A stretch of DNA of 36,948 nt. Source: Gemmatimonadota bacterium (GTDB lineage Bacteria; Gemmatimonadota; Gemmatimonadetes; Palauibacterales; Palauibacteraceae). The stretch is from assembly GCA_039588275.1 (NCBI GenBank), contig JBDHAC010000032.1, forward strand, positions 1-36,948, written 5' to 3'. The position numbers and the translations under genes were made by a program. The first letter of the stretch is position 1; each line of letters opens with the position of its first letter. Shown in pieces: positions 36,895-36,948 of the stretch. The notes beneath the pieces are model-generated. The model searched no databases and was not told the DNA's origin. It was given only the letters and a program-made list of their open reading frames with translations.

Positions 36895-36948
36895 TAGCAC
36901 CGGAGATCACGGAGACCCCCGAACGACGGGGCTCTTCGCACATCTGGG

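Noticed and set aside
1..36948. Mobile element, prophage or defence system
   Set aside because: No transposase, integrase, phage structural, nuclease, RT or toxin-antitoxin motifs recognised. The Ser/Thr kinase sits in a signalling context rather than a defence island.

Overview
High-GC bacterial chromosomal window. The gene mix (choice-of-anchor B/FG-GAP protein, M1 peptidase lipoprotein, DUF2911, sulfocyanin-like lipoprotein) suggests a Gemmatimonadota-like organism; this is inference. It holds about 29 CDS and 3 tRNAs (Gly-GCC, Val-CAC, Gly-CCC), with no transposase, integrase, phage or CRISPR signal. Housekeeping and catabolic genes include ftcD, class I aldolase, mtaB, proline dehydrogenase, Zn-ADH, trmJ-like, rho, SDR, dodecin, cyanophycinase and an HpnN-like RND transporter. 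The most notable items are: (1) a soluble three-gene signalling operon whose output protein fuses HisKA-like, receiver, HAMP-like and Hanks-type Ser/Thr kinase domains; (2) a C2H2 zinc-finger motif inserted inside FtcD; (3) a fimT-pilV-pilW-pilX minor pilin cassette whose large PilX-like protein has a C-terminus resembling cyanobacterial HpsA; (4) a short, divergent Rho preceded by a highly structured leader and ANGGA-containing repeats; (5) a 7 x 22-bp intergenic array plus several other tandem repeats. All family calls come from motif recognition, not database searches.
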